From Planctomycetota bacterium (lineage in GTDB: Bacteria > Planctomycetota > E44-bin39), in NCBI GenBank assembly GCA_004376375.1, contig SOJX01000087.1, forward strand, positions 81,238 through 145,237: a stretch of 64,000 nt of DNA, given 5' to 3'. The notes below the pieces were generated by a model. The model was not told the DNA's origin and did not search any database. It saw only the letters and a program-made list of their open reading frames with translations. This document shows, one piece after another, positions 54,246 to 63,650 of this stretch (position 1 is the first letter of the stretch; every line of letters begins with the position of its first letter). A program made the translations under genes and the position numbers.

Positions 54246-55730
54246 CTACTTGCCTTTCTTGAGTCCGGTGCCGGTCCAGATGATTCTATCGTTCGGGTTG
54301 CCGATAAGGGGCGTGGTGGCCCGCTTCAGAAACAGGATGCAAAAACATGTGTTGGCGGTCGCGCCGGAAAACCTGTCGGTAGGCCAGCTTCCGTCGGCGA
54401 GCTGGCTGCCGAGAATAGCATTCGCGCCCTCTGTGTACCAGTCATGGGTTCCCAGCATTTCGCAGCAGGAAAGCACTCCCGCGCGCTCAAGGCCGTAAAG
54501 ATAATAGTAATAGTGCTGAGAACCGAGCCCGGGATTGGCGGTCGCGCTGAAGTTATGGGCAAGCCAGGCAGCGCCGTCGCGGATACCCTTGTTTACTTTC
54601 TTCTTCATGCCTTTCCAGGCCCCGGGGTAATATTCCAGCGCGGCCTTGCAGATCACAAGCGCGGCGACGCCGGAGGTCGTCATCGATCCGATGACCTGTT
54701 CACCGTGAGGCGTTCCTCCCTTGCCTTTCGGAGTGTATGACCAGCCGCGGGCAAACATTTCCCGGTTCTCAACACCGAGTCCGAATTCCTCGGGATCGAT
54801 GGTGCCCGTGCGCGGGCCTTTGTCTTTGTCTTTTTCTTCTTCTTTCTCGTCTTTTTTCTTACGGGCCTGTTCTTTTTCTTTTTTCCTGCGCGCGGTCTGC
54901 AGCTTCTTGAGGAATTTCTTCTGTACTTTCTTAAGCTTCGAGATGTCCCAGTCGGCCGCGGGGACTACGAACGGCTTCACTTTCGGGCCTTCTTTTTCCT
55001 GTTCGGCAACGAAATATTTCGCCGTCTTGATCCAGACGTTGGCCGGGATTTTACAGTTGCACCGGCGGCCCGCGTTCAGCGCAAGCAGCGCGTACTGGGT
55101 GTTGGAATTGTCGACCGGGGATGTATCGTTTGCGGGTATTACGGTGACCTCCTTCGGGTACCGCCATACCGTATCCGTCTGCTTGGATACCATCCAGTCG
55201 ATCAATTCCTGCATCCTCCTTTTGTCTTTAGGAGAAGCGCCTTTTACCCAGTTTCGCTTGACCTGCTCCTCGTATGGAGTGGTCGACATCTTGGATTTCT
55301 TTTTTTTGGTTTTGTCAGCGGGTTTCGGAGGCGGAGGAGCGTACCGTGCCTCGAGCGCAAGAATGTAGCAGGCGACCGAATATGTCTGCTCCAGTTTGGC
55401 ATCCGCAAGGTATGCGAACGCTTTATTGATTACGGGGTCGTTGCGCTTGACGCCGCCCTTGAGGAGCGCAAACGTACAAAGCGCGGTATAGCCCATCTTA
55501 AAAATTTTGGTATGGCCTAGGCCGTCGCTCGACCAGCTTCCGTCTGCTTCCTGTTTGCCTTTCACCCAGGCGATTGCCTTGTCTATCGCTTCGTCAATGC
55601 GTTTCGGGTCCACGTCAACGCCGTCTTTGCTGTCATCGTCATCCTCGCCCGGAAAGACGGCTCCCGAGGTAAAAACAAACGCAATCGACACTACCGCCAG
55701 TACAAGAATTCGAAAGTATCGGTTATACAT
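54246..55730 (-). CDS. secreted prenyltransferase/squalene-oxidase-repeat protein with Lys/Glu-rich low-complexity linkers, paralog 1
   Basis: Signal peptide 'FRILVLAVVSIAFVFTSGAVFP'. 'DGSWSSDG', 'QLADGSWP'. 'RRKKEKEQARKKKDEKEEEKDKDK'. Confidence 0.5.
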   Translation of the reverse strand: MYNRYFRILVLAVVSIAFVFTSGAVFPGEDDDDSKDGVDVDPKRIDEAIDKAIAWVKGKQEADGSWSSDGLGHTKIFKMGYTALCTFALLKGGVKRNDPVINKAFAYLADAKLEQTYSVACYILALEARYAPPPPKPADKTKKKKSKMSTTPYEEQVKRNWVKGASPKDKRRMQELIDWMVSKQTDTVWRYPKEVTVIPANDTSPVDNSNTQYALLALNAGRRCNCKIPANVWIKTAKYFVAEQEKEGPKVKPFVVPAADWDISKLKKVQKKFLKKLQTARRKKEKEQARKKKDEKEEEKDKDKGPRTGTIDPEEFGLGVENREMFARGWSYTPKGKGGTPHGEQVIGSMTTSGVAALVICKAALEYYPGAWKGMKKKVNKGIRDGAAWLAHNFSATANPGLGSQHYYYYLYGLERAGVLSCCEMLGTHDWYTEGANAILGSQLADGSWPTDRFSGATANTCFCILFLKRATTPLIGNPNDRIIWTGTGLKKGK

Positions 55731-55770
55731 TCTCTTTCCCTCCCTTTATCCTGATTCCTCCGTCATCCCG

Positions 55771-57246
55771 TTACTTGCCCTTCTTTCTTCCGGGACCGGT
55801 CCAGATGATTCGCTCGTCCGGACTGCCGATAAGGGGCGTGGTGGCACGCTTCAAAAACAGAACAGCGAAACACGTATTGGCGGTCGGACCGGAAAAATTG
55901 TTGCTGTCGGGCCAGCATCCATCGGCGAGCTGACTGCCGAGGATTGCTTCTGCTCCCTTGTTGTACCAGTCGTGCTTGCCGTATTTCTCGCAGCATGAAA
56001 GGACGCCGGCGCGTTCGAGACCGTACAAGTAATAATAGTAATTCCTGTTTCCCCCTTTTGGATTGGAAGTTGCGCTGAAATTATGGGCAAGCCACGCGCA
56101 ACCATCGCGAATCGCCTGGTTCACGTCTTTTCTCATCCCCCGCCACGCTCCGGGATTCAACTCCAGAGCGGCCTTACAGATAACGAGCGAGGCAATCCCG
56201 GACGTCGTCATCGAACCGGTAAACTTCTCGTCCTTTTTGCTTTCTTCATTGCGCTTGAACCCGGGTATGTAGGACCAGCCACGCGCCTTCATTTCATGCT
56301 GCTCGACTCCAAGGCCGTACTCTTTGGGATCAATGGCGCTGGTCCTCGGCCCTTTGTCTTTTTTTTCTTCTTCTTCCGCTTCTTTCCTCTTTTTCGGGCT
56401 GCAGGCTTTCTCCAGTTCGGCTTTTCTTCGCGCGGTATGCAGTTTCTTGAGGAATTTCTTCTGTATCTTTTTCAGTTTCGCTATGGGCCAGTCGGCCGCA
56501 GGCACAACAAACGGCTTGACTTTGGGGCCGTCCTTCTCCTGAGCCTTGATAAAGTATTCGGCCGTCTTGCCCCAGCACTCCACCGGAATCTTGCATCCGC
56601 ACCGGCGGCCTGCGCTGAGTGCGAGCAGCACATACTGTGTGTTGGAGTTGTCAACGTCGCTGCCATATCCTCCCGGATACCGCCACACGGTCTCGGTCCG
56701 TTTGGATAGAAGCCAGTCAATCAATTCCTGCATCTTTTTGCGGTCTTTCGGGCGCGCCTTGCCGTGCCAGTTGCGCTGCATCTGCTCTTCATAGGGAATA
56801 GTACGCGACTTTTTTTTCTTCTTTTTCTCGTCCTTTTCTGACGCTTTAGGCAAAGGCGGCGCATAACGAGCCTCAAGAGCCAGAACATAGCAGGACACGT
56901 CATAGGTTTTTTTAAGCTCCTGCTCCTCAAGAGAAGCGAACGCCCTGTTGATAACCGGATCGTTGGGTTTCAGGCCCCCCTTCAGCAGCGCGAAAGTCAC
57001 AAGCGCCGTGTATCCCATCTGAAAGTCTTTTGTGTGGTCAGAGCCATCGCTTTCCCAGCTTCCATCGTCTTTCTGTTTGCTTTTCAGCCAGGCAACAGCC
57101 TTGTCAATCGCGTCGTCGATGCGCTTTGGGTCCACGTCAACGCCGTCTTTGTCGTCATCACCCGGTAAGCCGGCTCCAGGGGCGAAAACGAATACAATCG
57201 ACACAATCGCCAGTACAAGAATTCGAAAGCGGCGAGTGCACATCAT
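55771..57246 (-). CDS. secreted prenyltransferase/squalene-oxidase-repeat protein, paralog 2 (about 70% identical to paralog 1)
   Basis: Collinear with 54246..55730 ('DGVDVDPKRID', 'SNTQYVLLAL', 'YYYYLYGLERAGVLSCCE', 'IIWTGPG'). Confidence 0.5.
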   Translation of the reverse strand: MMCTRRFRILVLAIVSIVFVFAPGAGLPGDDDKDGVDVDPKRIDDAIDKAVAWLKSKQKDDGSWESDGSDHTKDFQMGYTALVTFALLKGGLKPNDPVINRAFASLEEQELKKTYDVSCYVLALEARYAPPLPKASEKDEKKKKKKSRTIPYEEQMQRNWHGKARPKDRKKMQELIDWLLSKRTETVWRYPGGYGSDVDNSNTQYVLLALSAGRRCGCKIPVECWGKTAEYFIKAQEKDGPKVKPFVVPAADWPIAKLKKIQKKFLKKLHTARRKAELEKACSPKKRKEAEEEEKKDKGPRTSAIDPKEYGLGVEQHEMKARGWSYIPGFKRNEESKKDEKFTGSMTTSGIASLVICKAALELNPGAWRGMRKDVNQAIRDGCAWLAHNFSATSNPKGGNRNYYYYLYGLERAGVLSCCEKYGKHDWYNKGAEAILGSQLADGCWPDSNNFSGPTANTCFAVLFLKRATTPLIGSPDERIIWTGPGRKKGK

Positions 57247-57718
57247 CTTCCCCCCCAGAAGTCCGTATCTCTCTTTATGTGACATATTTTTAGTTTACTG
57301 GAATCCGCAAAAGGATTCAAGCAAAATACACGCTTTACAACCTTAGATCGTGCCGAGAATAACAAAATGCGCTGCAAACAATCTGCAGATAATGCGGGTC
57401 CGTCATGAATTTTCCGGAAAGTCCCTGTCGAGTTTAAACGGAATTGTAATTAGTGCTTCAATGGAGAAAATTAGGCCGTTAGAGTTGCCAAACGCCAATC
57501 TGTATTGTATAATATAGTGGATCTTTTTACGGGCGTGAAATCGTCGAGTTGCATATATCCGTCGAAGCCACATGATTGTTCTAACTCGTTATGATGGACG
57601 CGATTCCGATTATGAGGTTTTATCTGGCAGATAAGACTGGTCTGTCATGAGTGCGCATGCAATATGCGTAAACCAGTTGGGTGATATATTTGCTTCGAAA
57701 CTAAGTCTCCAACATGGG

Positions 57719-58177
57719 ATGATAGACATGACTAATACCCCAAATACACAACTATGCGATAATCCTAGAATAACGACCCCAACGTCCAGAGGCCGCCGGG
57801 AAGGTGTCACCCTTCTTGAGATTGTTATAGCGGCGATGGTCCTGGTGGTTGGCCTTTTGAGCTTTTTTGCGGTATTTTTAAACTGCACGAAGCTTGATCA
57901 GACTTCCAAGGAAAGCATTACAGCCATGAACTTCGCCCGGAAAACTATGGAGAACCTTCGCGCAACGGACTTTGATTCAATCGGGGGCAAAGCTGGTCCG
58001 ATTCCTGCCAACGAGGCGCCCGTTGAGCTTGATGTCATTACCGGCGTACCTGTCGGAAACGTCACTGTTGTCACGAGACCTGACGGCCTTCTTGACGTTA
58101 CAGTTATAGTTCGTTGGGCCGGCATAACCGGCGATCGGAGACTCGAACTGGAAGCCCTGTTCGCCCCGACGGAATAA
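57719..58177 (+). CDS. minor pseudopilin, GspI/PilV-like (prepilin-type N-terminal cleavage/methylation domain)
   Basis: 'RREGVTLLEIVIAAMVLVVGLL', a class III signal with Glu5. Confidence 0.55.
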   Translation: MIDMTNTPNTQLCDNPRITTPTSRGRREGVTLLEIVIAAMVLVVGLLSFFAVFLNCTKLDQTSKESITAMNFARKTMENLRATDFDSIGGKAGPIPANEAPVELDVITGVPVGNVTVVTRPDGLLDVTVIVRWAGITGDRRLELEALFAPTE

Positions 58178-58191
58178 GCCCGGCGAATGTC

Positions 58192-58893
58192 ATGATACAA
58201 GGGAGCAAAAGCAGCATGAACATAAACATTTTCACCCGCCGCTCACGGCAAAAGGGCATGACCCTTATCGAGATGATGCTTGCCGTGGCGTTGCTGACTG
58301 TTATACTTGCCGCTCTTTTCACATCGCTTACGAGCAGCCAGAAAGCATATAACTTCGGCATGTCCGAACTCACTCTACAGGAAACGGCAAACAGGGTCGT
58401 AGGTCAGATCACGGAGAAAATCCGCGAGTCGAGCGCGAATAACATGATACGCGACCTGGACAACGGCCTCTGGATAACTCTACAAAAACCGGTAGACCAC
58501 GACCTCGACAACGACGTTTTCGATTTAAACTGGAACGTTGAATACGGCGAGCGTTACGGCGGCGCCGACCACCTCGGCGCGTACTGCACTATCAGCTACG
58601 AGGTCGTCGGAAACGACAGTCGAATAAAGTTTAGCTACTACGACAACAATGCGGTGCTTCAATCCGAAAAAGTCGTATGCGAAAACCTGATCTTTCCCAT
58701 CGACGAGGACGGTGACGGAGTGGATGAACACATATTCACGCGCATCAATGCTGCAGAATACGAGGATTCAGATGGAAATTGCATTAAATTAAGGTTCATA
58801 ATCCTGGCAACCGATCAAGCCGGGCTTCAGCACCAACTTGAATTTACTGAAAGAAAAAAAACGGCAATAATTATTCATCTAAGAAATCCATAA
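58192..58893 (+). CDS. minor pseudopilin, GspJ/PilW-like
   Basis: 'QKGMTLIEMMLAVALLTVILAALF' prepilin N-terminus. Confidence 0.55.
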   Translation: MIQGSKSSMNINIFTRRSRQKGMTLIEMMLAVALLTVILAALFTSLTSSQKAYNFGMSELTLQETANRVVGQITEKIRESSANNMIRDLDNGLWITLQKPVDHDLDNDVFDLNWNVEYGERYGGADHLGAYCTISYEVVGNDSRIKFSYYDNNAVLQSEKVVCENLIFPIDEDGDGVDEHIFTRINAAEYEDSDGNCIKLRFIILATDQAGLQHQLEFTERKKTAIIIHLRNP

Positions 58894-58937
58894 CCTTTAA
58901 CCATTCCCGGCGCCGGACGCCGGATAAGGAGACGCTG

Positions 58938-60665
58938 ATGGAACACCCAGAAAACACCGACAAGAAAGGCAGCGCCCTGATAATCACGATGATACTTCTT
59001 ATCGTCATCATGGGCCTTGCCGGATCATATCTCACACTTTCAGTCTCGGGCGCGCAAGTAACGACCCGGGAGATGGAATTCGCTAACGCCTCATACCTGG
59101 CCGAAACGGCTATTAGTATTGCGATTAACCAGGTAAACGCCGGCAACTCCGGCGACTGCAGCGGTTATTTCCCGCCGGGGCAAACGGACGGAAAGTACGA
59201 ATCGTATGAATTGCCCTGCCCCCCTGGCTCGGATTATCGTAAAATCATCGGAACCGGAACCTACACGGGCCCCTATGGTGATGCGACATACTCAATTGAG
59301 GTCTATATAAAACGTGTGAGGCTTTACCCGTTTACGGGAGCGGCGTTCGGCAATACTTCCGTCTCACTGGCAGCCTTTACAGACAGCTATAACTCCTCAG
59401 AAGGAGACGGCACTTACAACAGCCAGGCCACAAACAGCATTTCGCTTGAAGAGGCAAACGAAAGCTGCACCACCTGCGGCGGCGGTGGCTCTGAAACCTG
59501 CCCAACCTGCAGCGGCACAGGCGACGCCGCATGCGGCGACTGCAACGGCGGAATCCTTCCCTGCGTCGACTGCGGCGGGGCAGGCGGCAGCACCTGCGCA
59601 ACCTGCAGCGGAAGCGGCACCCTGGGCGTCTGTACCGTTTGCTCGGGGACAGGCCGCACTCCCGTCGGATGCACTTTCTGCGGCGGCGACGGGCTCAAAG
59701 ATAACGGTAATCCATGCGTCAAATGCGGTGTCTGCGGGAACTGCGGCGGAAGCGGCGGTTCGGGAGCGTGCACCGATTGCGGCGGTGACGGGACAATCGA
59801 GTGCGCCACCTGCAGCGGGAGCGGTACCGGCGACATCTGCACCACCTGCAGCGGCGACGGACTGGTTACGTGCGGCATTTGCTCCGGAGGCGGAAGCGTC
59901 ACCTGCGGAACCTGCAGCGGAACAGGAATAGTCCCCACCGATCCCGTCGTATACGCAGATACCGAAGGCGACATAGGCGCAAACGAGACTGTCACAATCG
60001 CCAGCTCGGGAGTGATTTTTGGAAATGCGACATCAGGACCGAACGGAACCGTAACCAACGGCGGCTACGTCTACGGCGACATATATGCCGATACCGTAGA
60101 CAGGACATTCGACATACCGCCGTACAGCACAACCCTAACAAGCGAGGGCGCTTTATCCGGCTCGACTACGATAAACGGGGGAGAACATCGCTACGACACC
60201 GTAAACATCGCCGGAAGTAATGTCGTAACCATTACCGGCAATGTTACAATGTACGTCGATGGTGATTTCAAAACAGCCGGAAGTGGAGAGTTCAAGCTCG
60301 CCTCGGGGGCTTCTCTTATCCTCTACCACGGCAGCGGCAATTTTCACATTGCCGGAACAGGCATTGTAAACGAGGATAATGCACCGACGAAACTGATCAT
60401 CATCTCCTCGGCGAAAACGGCAGTTGACGGCGCCTTTTTCCATTTCAACGGCCAGGCCGATTTCTCGGGAGCGGTGTTCGCACCCGGAGCGGATATAAGA
60501 GTCAACGGCCAGACTGAAAACTATGGCTCGCTTGTGGGAAGAAACATCACGACAAGCGGATCGGGAAAATGCATTATCCATTATGACGAAGCTCTTGACG
60601 GAATGAACTTTAACCTCTGGAAGAAGAAGTTTGTACTCAGGAGCTGGAGAAGGTACTGGCCGTAA
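58938..60665 (+). CDS. GspK/PilX-like minor pilin carrying an inserted array of about 14 CxxCxGxG (DnaJ-type zinc-finger-like) units and a Gly-rich beta-helix-like C-terminal domain
   Basis: PilX_N-like 'GSALIITMILLIVIMGLAGSYLTLSVSGAQVTTREMEFANASYLAETAISIAINQ' with no Glu5. Residues about 177-326 contain 28 Cys as 14 CxxC pairs, most followed by G-x-G. Confidence 0.6.
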   Translation: MEHPENTDKKGSALIITMILLIVIMGLAGSYLTLSVSGAQVTTREMEFANASYLAETAISIAINQVNAGNSGDCSGYFPPGQTDGKYESYELPCPPGSDYRKIIGTGTYTGPYGDATYSIEVYIKRVRLYPFTGAAFGNTSVSLAAFTDSYNSSEGDGTYNSQATNSISLEEANESCTTCGGGGSETCPTCSGTGDAACGDCNGGILPCVDCGGAGGSTCATCSGSGTLGVCTVCSGTGRTPVGCTFCGGDGLKDNGNPCVKCGVCGNCGGSGGSGACTDCGGDGTIECATCSGSGTGDICTTCSGDGLVTCGICSGGGSVTCGTCSGTGIVPTDPVVYADTEGDIGANETVTIASSGVIFGNATSGPNGTVTNGGYVYGDIYADTVDRTFDIPPYSTTLTSEGALSGSTTINGGEHRYDTVNIAGSNVVTITGNVTMYVDGDFKTAGSGEFKLASGASLILYHGSGNFHIAGTGIVNEDNAPTKLIIISSAKTAVDGAFFHFNGQADFSGAVFAPGADIRVNGQTENYGSLVGRNITTSGSGKCIIHYDEALDGMNFNLWKKKFVLRSWRRYWP

Positions 60666-60747
60666 ATTCATACTGTCGGAAAAAACAAATAAAAGAAAAT
60701 TTCTTCACCGGCGGCTTTAAAGCCGCCGGTGTTATTATATGGTCGGA

Positions 60748-63306
60748 TTAATTCCCGAAGTTGTCAGGAATGTTTAAACGGATGCGCCGCGGAATAGAAG
60801 CACGCGGCTCCCGCAGGAAACGAGTAACACTGATTTCAGGCCCGGAAATGTAAACCGTTACAGTTCCGTAAAGGCCCGTGATATGAACCTCGCCGGCTGC
60901 ATCATAAGGTGAAACCATATCAGCATAAAGCCTCGAAGCGTAATTTGAAATCAGGAAAATCGACGCGCCGGTTGCACGGGCCAGATCGGACGCGTTCTCA
61001 AACTTACAGCCATGATGTGGAACCTGTACAACGTCGACCGACAGGTCTGCTCCAGATTCCACAAGTCTTGCATAACCGTACTCCTCAATGTCGCCGGTAA
61101 GCATGATACGCCGCCCGTCCCACTCAAGTCGCACGACCAGGGATGTTTCATTTTCAATCTTGCGTCGCGGAAGCGGCGAATCCGTCGGGGCCAGCACATT
61201 AATTTTCAGCCCGGGAACACTTTCGATTGCATCACCGCTGCCGACAACGTGCAAAGGAATCCCCGCTTCTGCCAGCTCCTTCTGAAGTTCAACTGCCTTC
61301 CACTGCGGCGTCCATTGCGGCGAGCCGCGAAAATACCTGTTCACATATACCGCGCCTATCTTGAACTTGTCGAGCAGGTAAGCCGCGCCCCCGTAGTGGT
61401 CCATTTGCGCGTGTGAAAGCACCAAGGCATCGATATTACTCACCCCGCAATGCCAGAGATAGGGCGACAGCACGCTTCGCCCCGCGTTGAAGCCCGGCTT
61501 GGCACCGCAGTCGTATACCAGGATTCCACCCTCCGGCGTCCGTGCAACCATGCAACTCATATCGCCGACATCGAGCATTGCAAGCTCGAATCGAGCCGGA
61601 CGTTTCTCCGGCAATCGGGTCAGAATAAAAGCAACTGCAAACAGGACGAATCCAAAGCCGATCCACATTCGTCTGACCGGAAACGGCAGTCGGCGCGAAA
61701 GCTCATCTCTGAACGCAAGAATCAGAAGAAAGAGATAATATACCAGCAGCCACACTGCGGAAAAATCGCCGATATACCAGTATGCGCGGAGCGGTTCGGG
61801 CAGGGAAATGATTGTATGAAAGCATTGCACGGCCCATTCGATCGGCCGCGCGAGTGCAGTGATACCCGTTATCGCCACCAAGGCCAGAGCGAGGAAACCT
61901 CCGCCGATAACGACCCATATGAAAAGACACGCCGCCACTGACAGAATAACGGCCAATGGTGTTACAATGTGAAAATAATAGGCGACGAGCGGACCCGTGG
62001 CAAGCCACGCGGCAAGCGAAACCACCAGGTTGGCGCGAAGGAAACTCCAGGCGAGTCTAATCCCTTTCAGGCGGAATTCCGGCTCGGCCAGTCGTTCGAA
62101 AAGCCTGTCCTCCTCCCGTGTCATCAGACGCTCCAGCGGGCGGGCCAGAAACATTATTCCCAGTACGCCGCCGAAGGAAAGCTGGAACCCCGGACCGATA
62201 AGATCGAATGGATTGACAAGGAGCACGAAAACGGCGGCAGCGGCAATCGCATCCAACCCCCGCCTCTGGCGCCTGAAAAAAACTGCGCCCAGGTAAAAAA
62301 GTATCATCACGAGCGCACGCAGAACCGATGGGCGAAAGCCGGCAATCGCAGCATAAAGCGTAACCGCTATTCCGATAACCAGCATCCGCGGCCTGCGCGG
62401 AATAAACCATAACGCGATCCCCAGGAAAGCCGCAAATAGTGCCAGGTGCAGGCCGCTTATCGCAAGAATATGGGCCGTCCCGCTGGTGATGTATGCATCC
62501 CGCCTTTCATTCGTAAGGAGACGCCGCTCGCCAAGCAGAATGGCCAGTAGAAAATCAAGCGTGCTGCCTTCAGCCTTTCCTTTCTCACCGAAAGTGGAAA
62601 CGGTCAGTTTTACCATTGCGGCGCGTAGGTCGGCGAGCGGATGAAAGCCGCGCCTTCCGAGAACTTCTATTTCGCTGCTGCTTTTGACAACTATGTTGGC
62701 GAATATTTTATTGCGCGCCAGAAAAGCCCGGAAATCAAAGCCGCCGGGCGTCGACTTCGCAAAAGGCCTGTAAATATTGCAGGTAAGACGAATCCGGCTT
62801 CCGACCGGCAGAAATTCATAGAGTTTGTAAAACTTGATTCTTGCATGCCCGTGAATATTCGCCGTCTTTCCATCCGGCATGGTAACCGACTCTATTTGAA
62901 TCTCGCCCTTGGCCTGCCGGTCTGCATAAGAAAACTTCCTGCTCCTGCCAGCCTGCTTGTTATCGTATTCCTTCTCACCGCTGAGCATGGCCCGCGATAT
63001 CGGCGGTTCTATAATTATGCCGGTAACGCTCACGGTGCCTTCAATTTTATCGACATGGAAACGAATATGATTTCTGCCATAGAAACCGGCATGGGCAGCG
63101 ACAGCGGCAAGGCCGGTCATAAGCCCGCATAAAACCACTTTAATGAAACCGGGGCGAAATGCCGAGAAGACAAGGACCGCAATTACCGCGGCAATAAGCA
63201 AAACAGGAAGAAGAAGCGGCGCGGGGTCCGGAAACAGCAGCAATCCGGCGATAATGCCGGGCAGAAACCCAAGAGTGAAAGTGGGTACTGGGCGTGAAGA
63301 TTCCAA
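60748..63306 (-). CDS. comEC: DNA internalisation-related competence protein ComEC/Rec2 (DUF4131, competence domain and metallo-beta-lactamase domain)
   Basis: Polytopic N-terminal half. MBL motif 'LSHAQMDHYGG'. 'VVQVPHHG'. About 850 aa. Confidence 0.8.
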   Translation of the reverse strand: MESSRPVPTFTLGFLPGIIAGLLLFPDPAPLLLPVLLIAAVIAVLVFSAFRPGFIKVVLCGLMTGLAAVAAHAGFYGRNHIRFHVDKIEGTVSVTGIIIEPPISRAMLSGEKEYDNKQAGRSRKFSYADRQAKGEIQIESVTMPDGKTANIHGHARIKFYKLYEFLPVGSRIRLTCNIYRPFAKSTPGGFDFRAFLARNKIFANIVVKSSSEIEVLGRRGFHPLADLRAAMVKLTVSTFGEKGKAEGSTLDFLLAILLGERRLLTNERRDAYITSGTAHILAISGLHLALFAAFLGIALWFIPRRPRMLVIGIAVTLYAAIAGFRPSVLRALVMILFYLGAVFFRRQRRGLDAIAAAAVFVLLVNPFDLIGPGFQLSFGGVLGIMFLARPLERLMTREEDRLFERLAEPEFRLKGIRLAWSFLRANLVVSLAAWLATGPLVAYYFHIVTPLAVILSVAACLFIWVVIGGGFLALALVAITGITALARPIEWAVQCFHTIISLPEPLRAYWYIGDFSAVWLLVYYLFLLILAFRDELSRRLPFPVRRMWIGFGFVLFAVAFILTRLPEKRPARFELAMLDVGDMSCMVARTPEGGILVYDCGAKPGFNAGRSVLSPYLWHCGVSNIDALVLSHAQMDHYGGAAYLLDKFKIGAVYVNRYFRGSPQWTPQWKAVELQKELAEAGIPLHVVGSGDAIESVPGLKINVLAPTDSPLPRRKIENETSLVVRLEWDGRRIMLTGDIEEYGYARLVESGADLSVDVVQVPHHGCKFENASDLARATGASIFLISNYASRLYADMVSPYDAAGEVHITGLYGTVTVYISGPEISVTRFLREPRASIPRRIRLNIPDNFGN

Positions 63307-63387
63307 AGGTGCCCCACCGGAAATATCCGTCCCCGGAAACCTGCGATCAGGAAATAAAGCTCTTCAAGCCATGGGTCTCAACTACGT

Positions 63388-63597
63388 TCACCGTTTTTTC
63401 TTTTCCAGCCTTGCAATGATCCTGGAGGGAGAAACGCGCAATGCCGCGCAGATACGGAGGAAGACATCAAGCGTCGGACTTTTCACATCTCTTTCCAAAA
63501 GGCTTATGTATGTGCGGTGGACGCCGGCCTTGTGGGCAAGCTTCTCTTGAGTCAGGCCGGCCCTTTTTCTTTCTTTTACCAGTTCTTTACCAACCAT
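63388..63597 (-). CDS. XRE-family HTH transcriptional regulator
   Basis: 'LTQEKLAHKAGVHRTYISLLERDVKSPTLDVFLRICAAL'. Confidence 0.7.
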   Translation of the reverse strand: MVGKELVKERKRAGLTQEKLAHKAGVHRTYISLLERDVKSPTLDVFLRICAALRVSPSRIIARLEKKKR

Positions 63598-63628
63598 GAA
63601 GGCATAATATAGACTAATGTAAATCCAT

Positions 63629-63650
63629 GTCTACAGACTATAGTCTACAA
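63629..63650. promoter_or_regulatory. candidate operator: perfect 12-bp palindrome AGACTATAGTCT inside direct GTCTACA repeats, 30-50 bp upstream of the XRE regulator start
   Basis: 'gtctacAGACTATAGTCTacaa'. Additional 'tagacta' half-site at about 63610. Confidence 0.3.
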
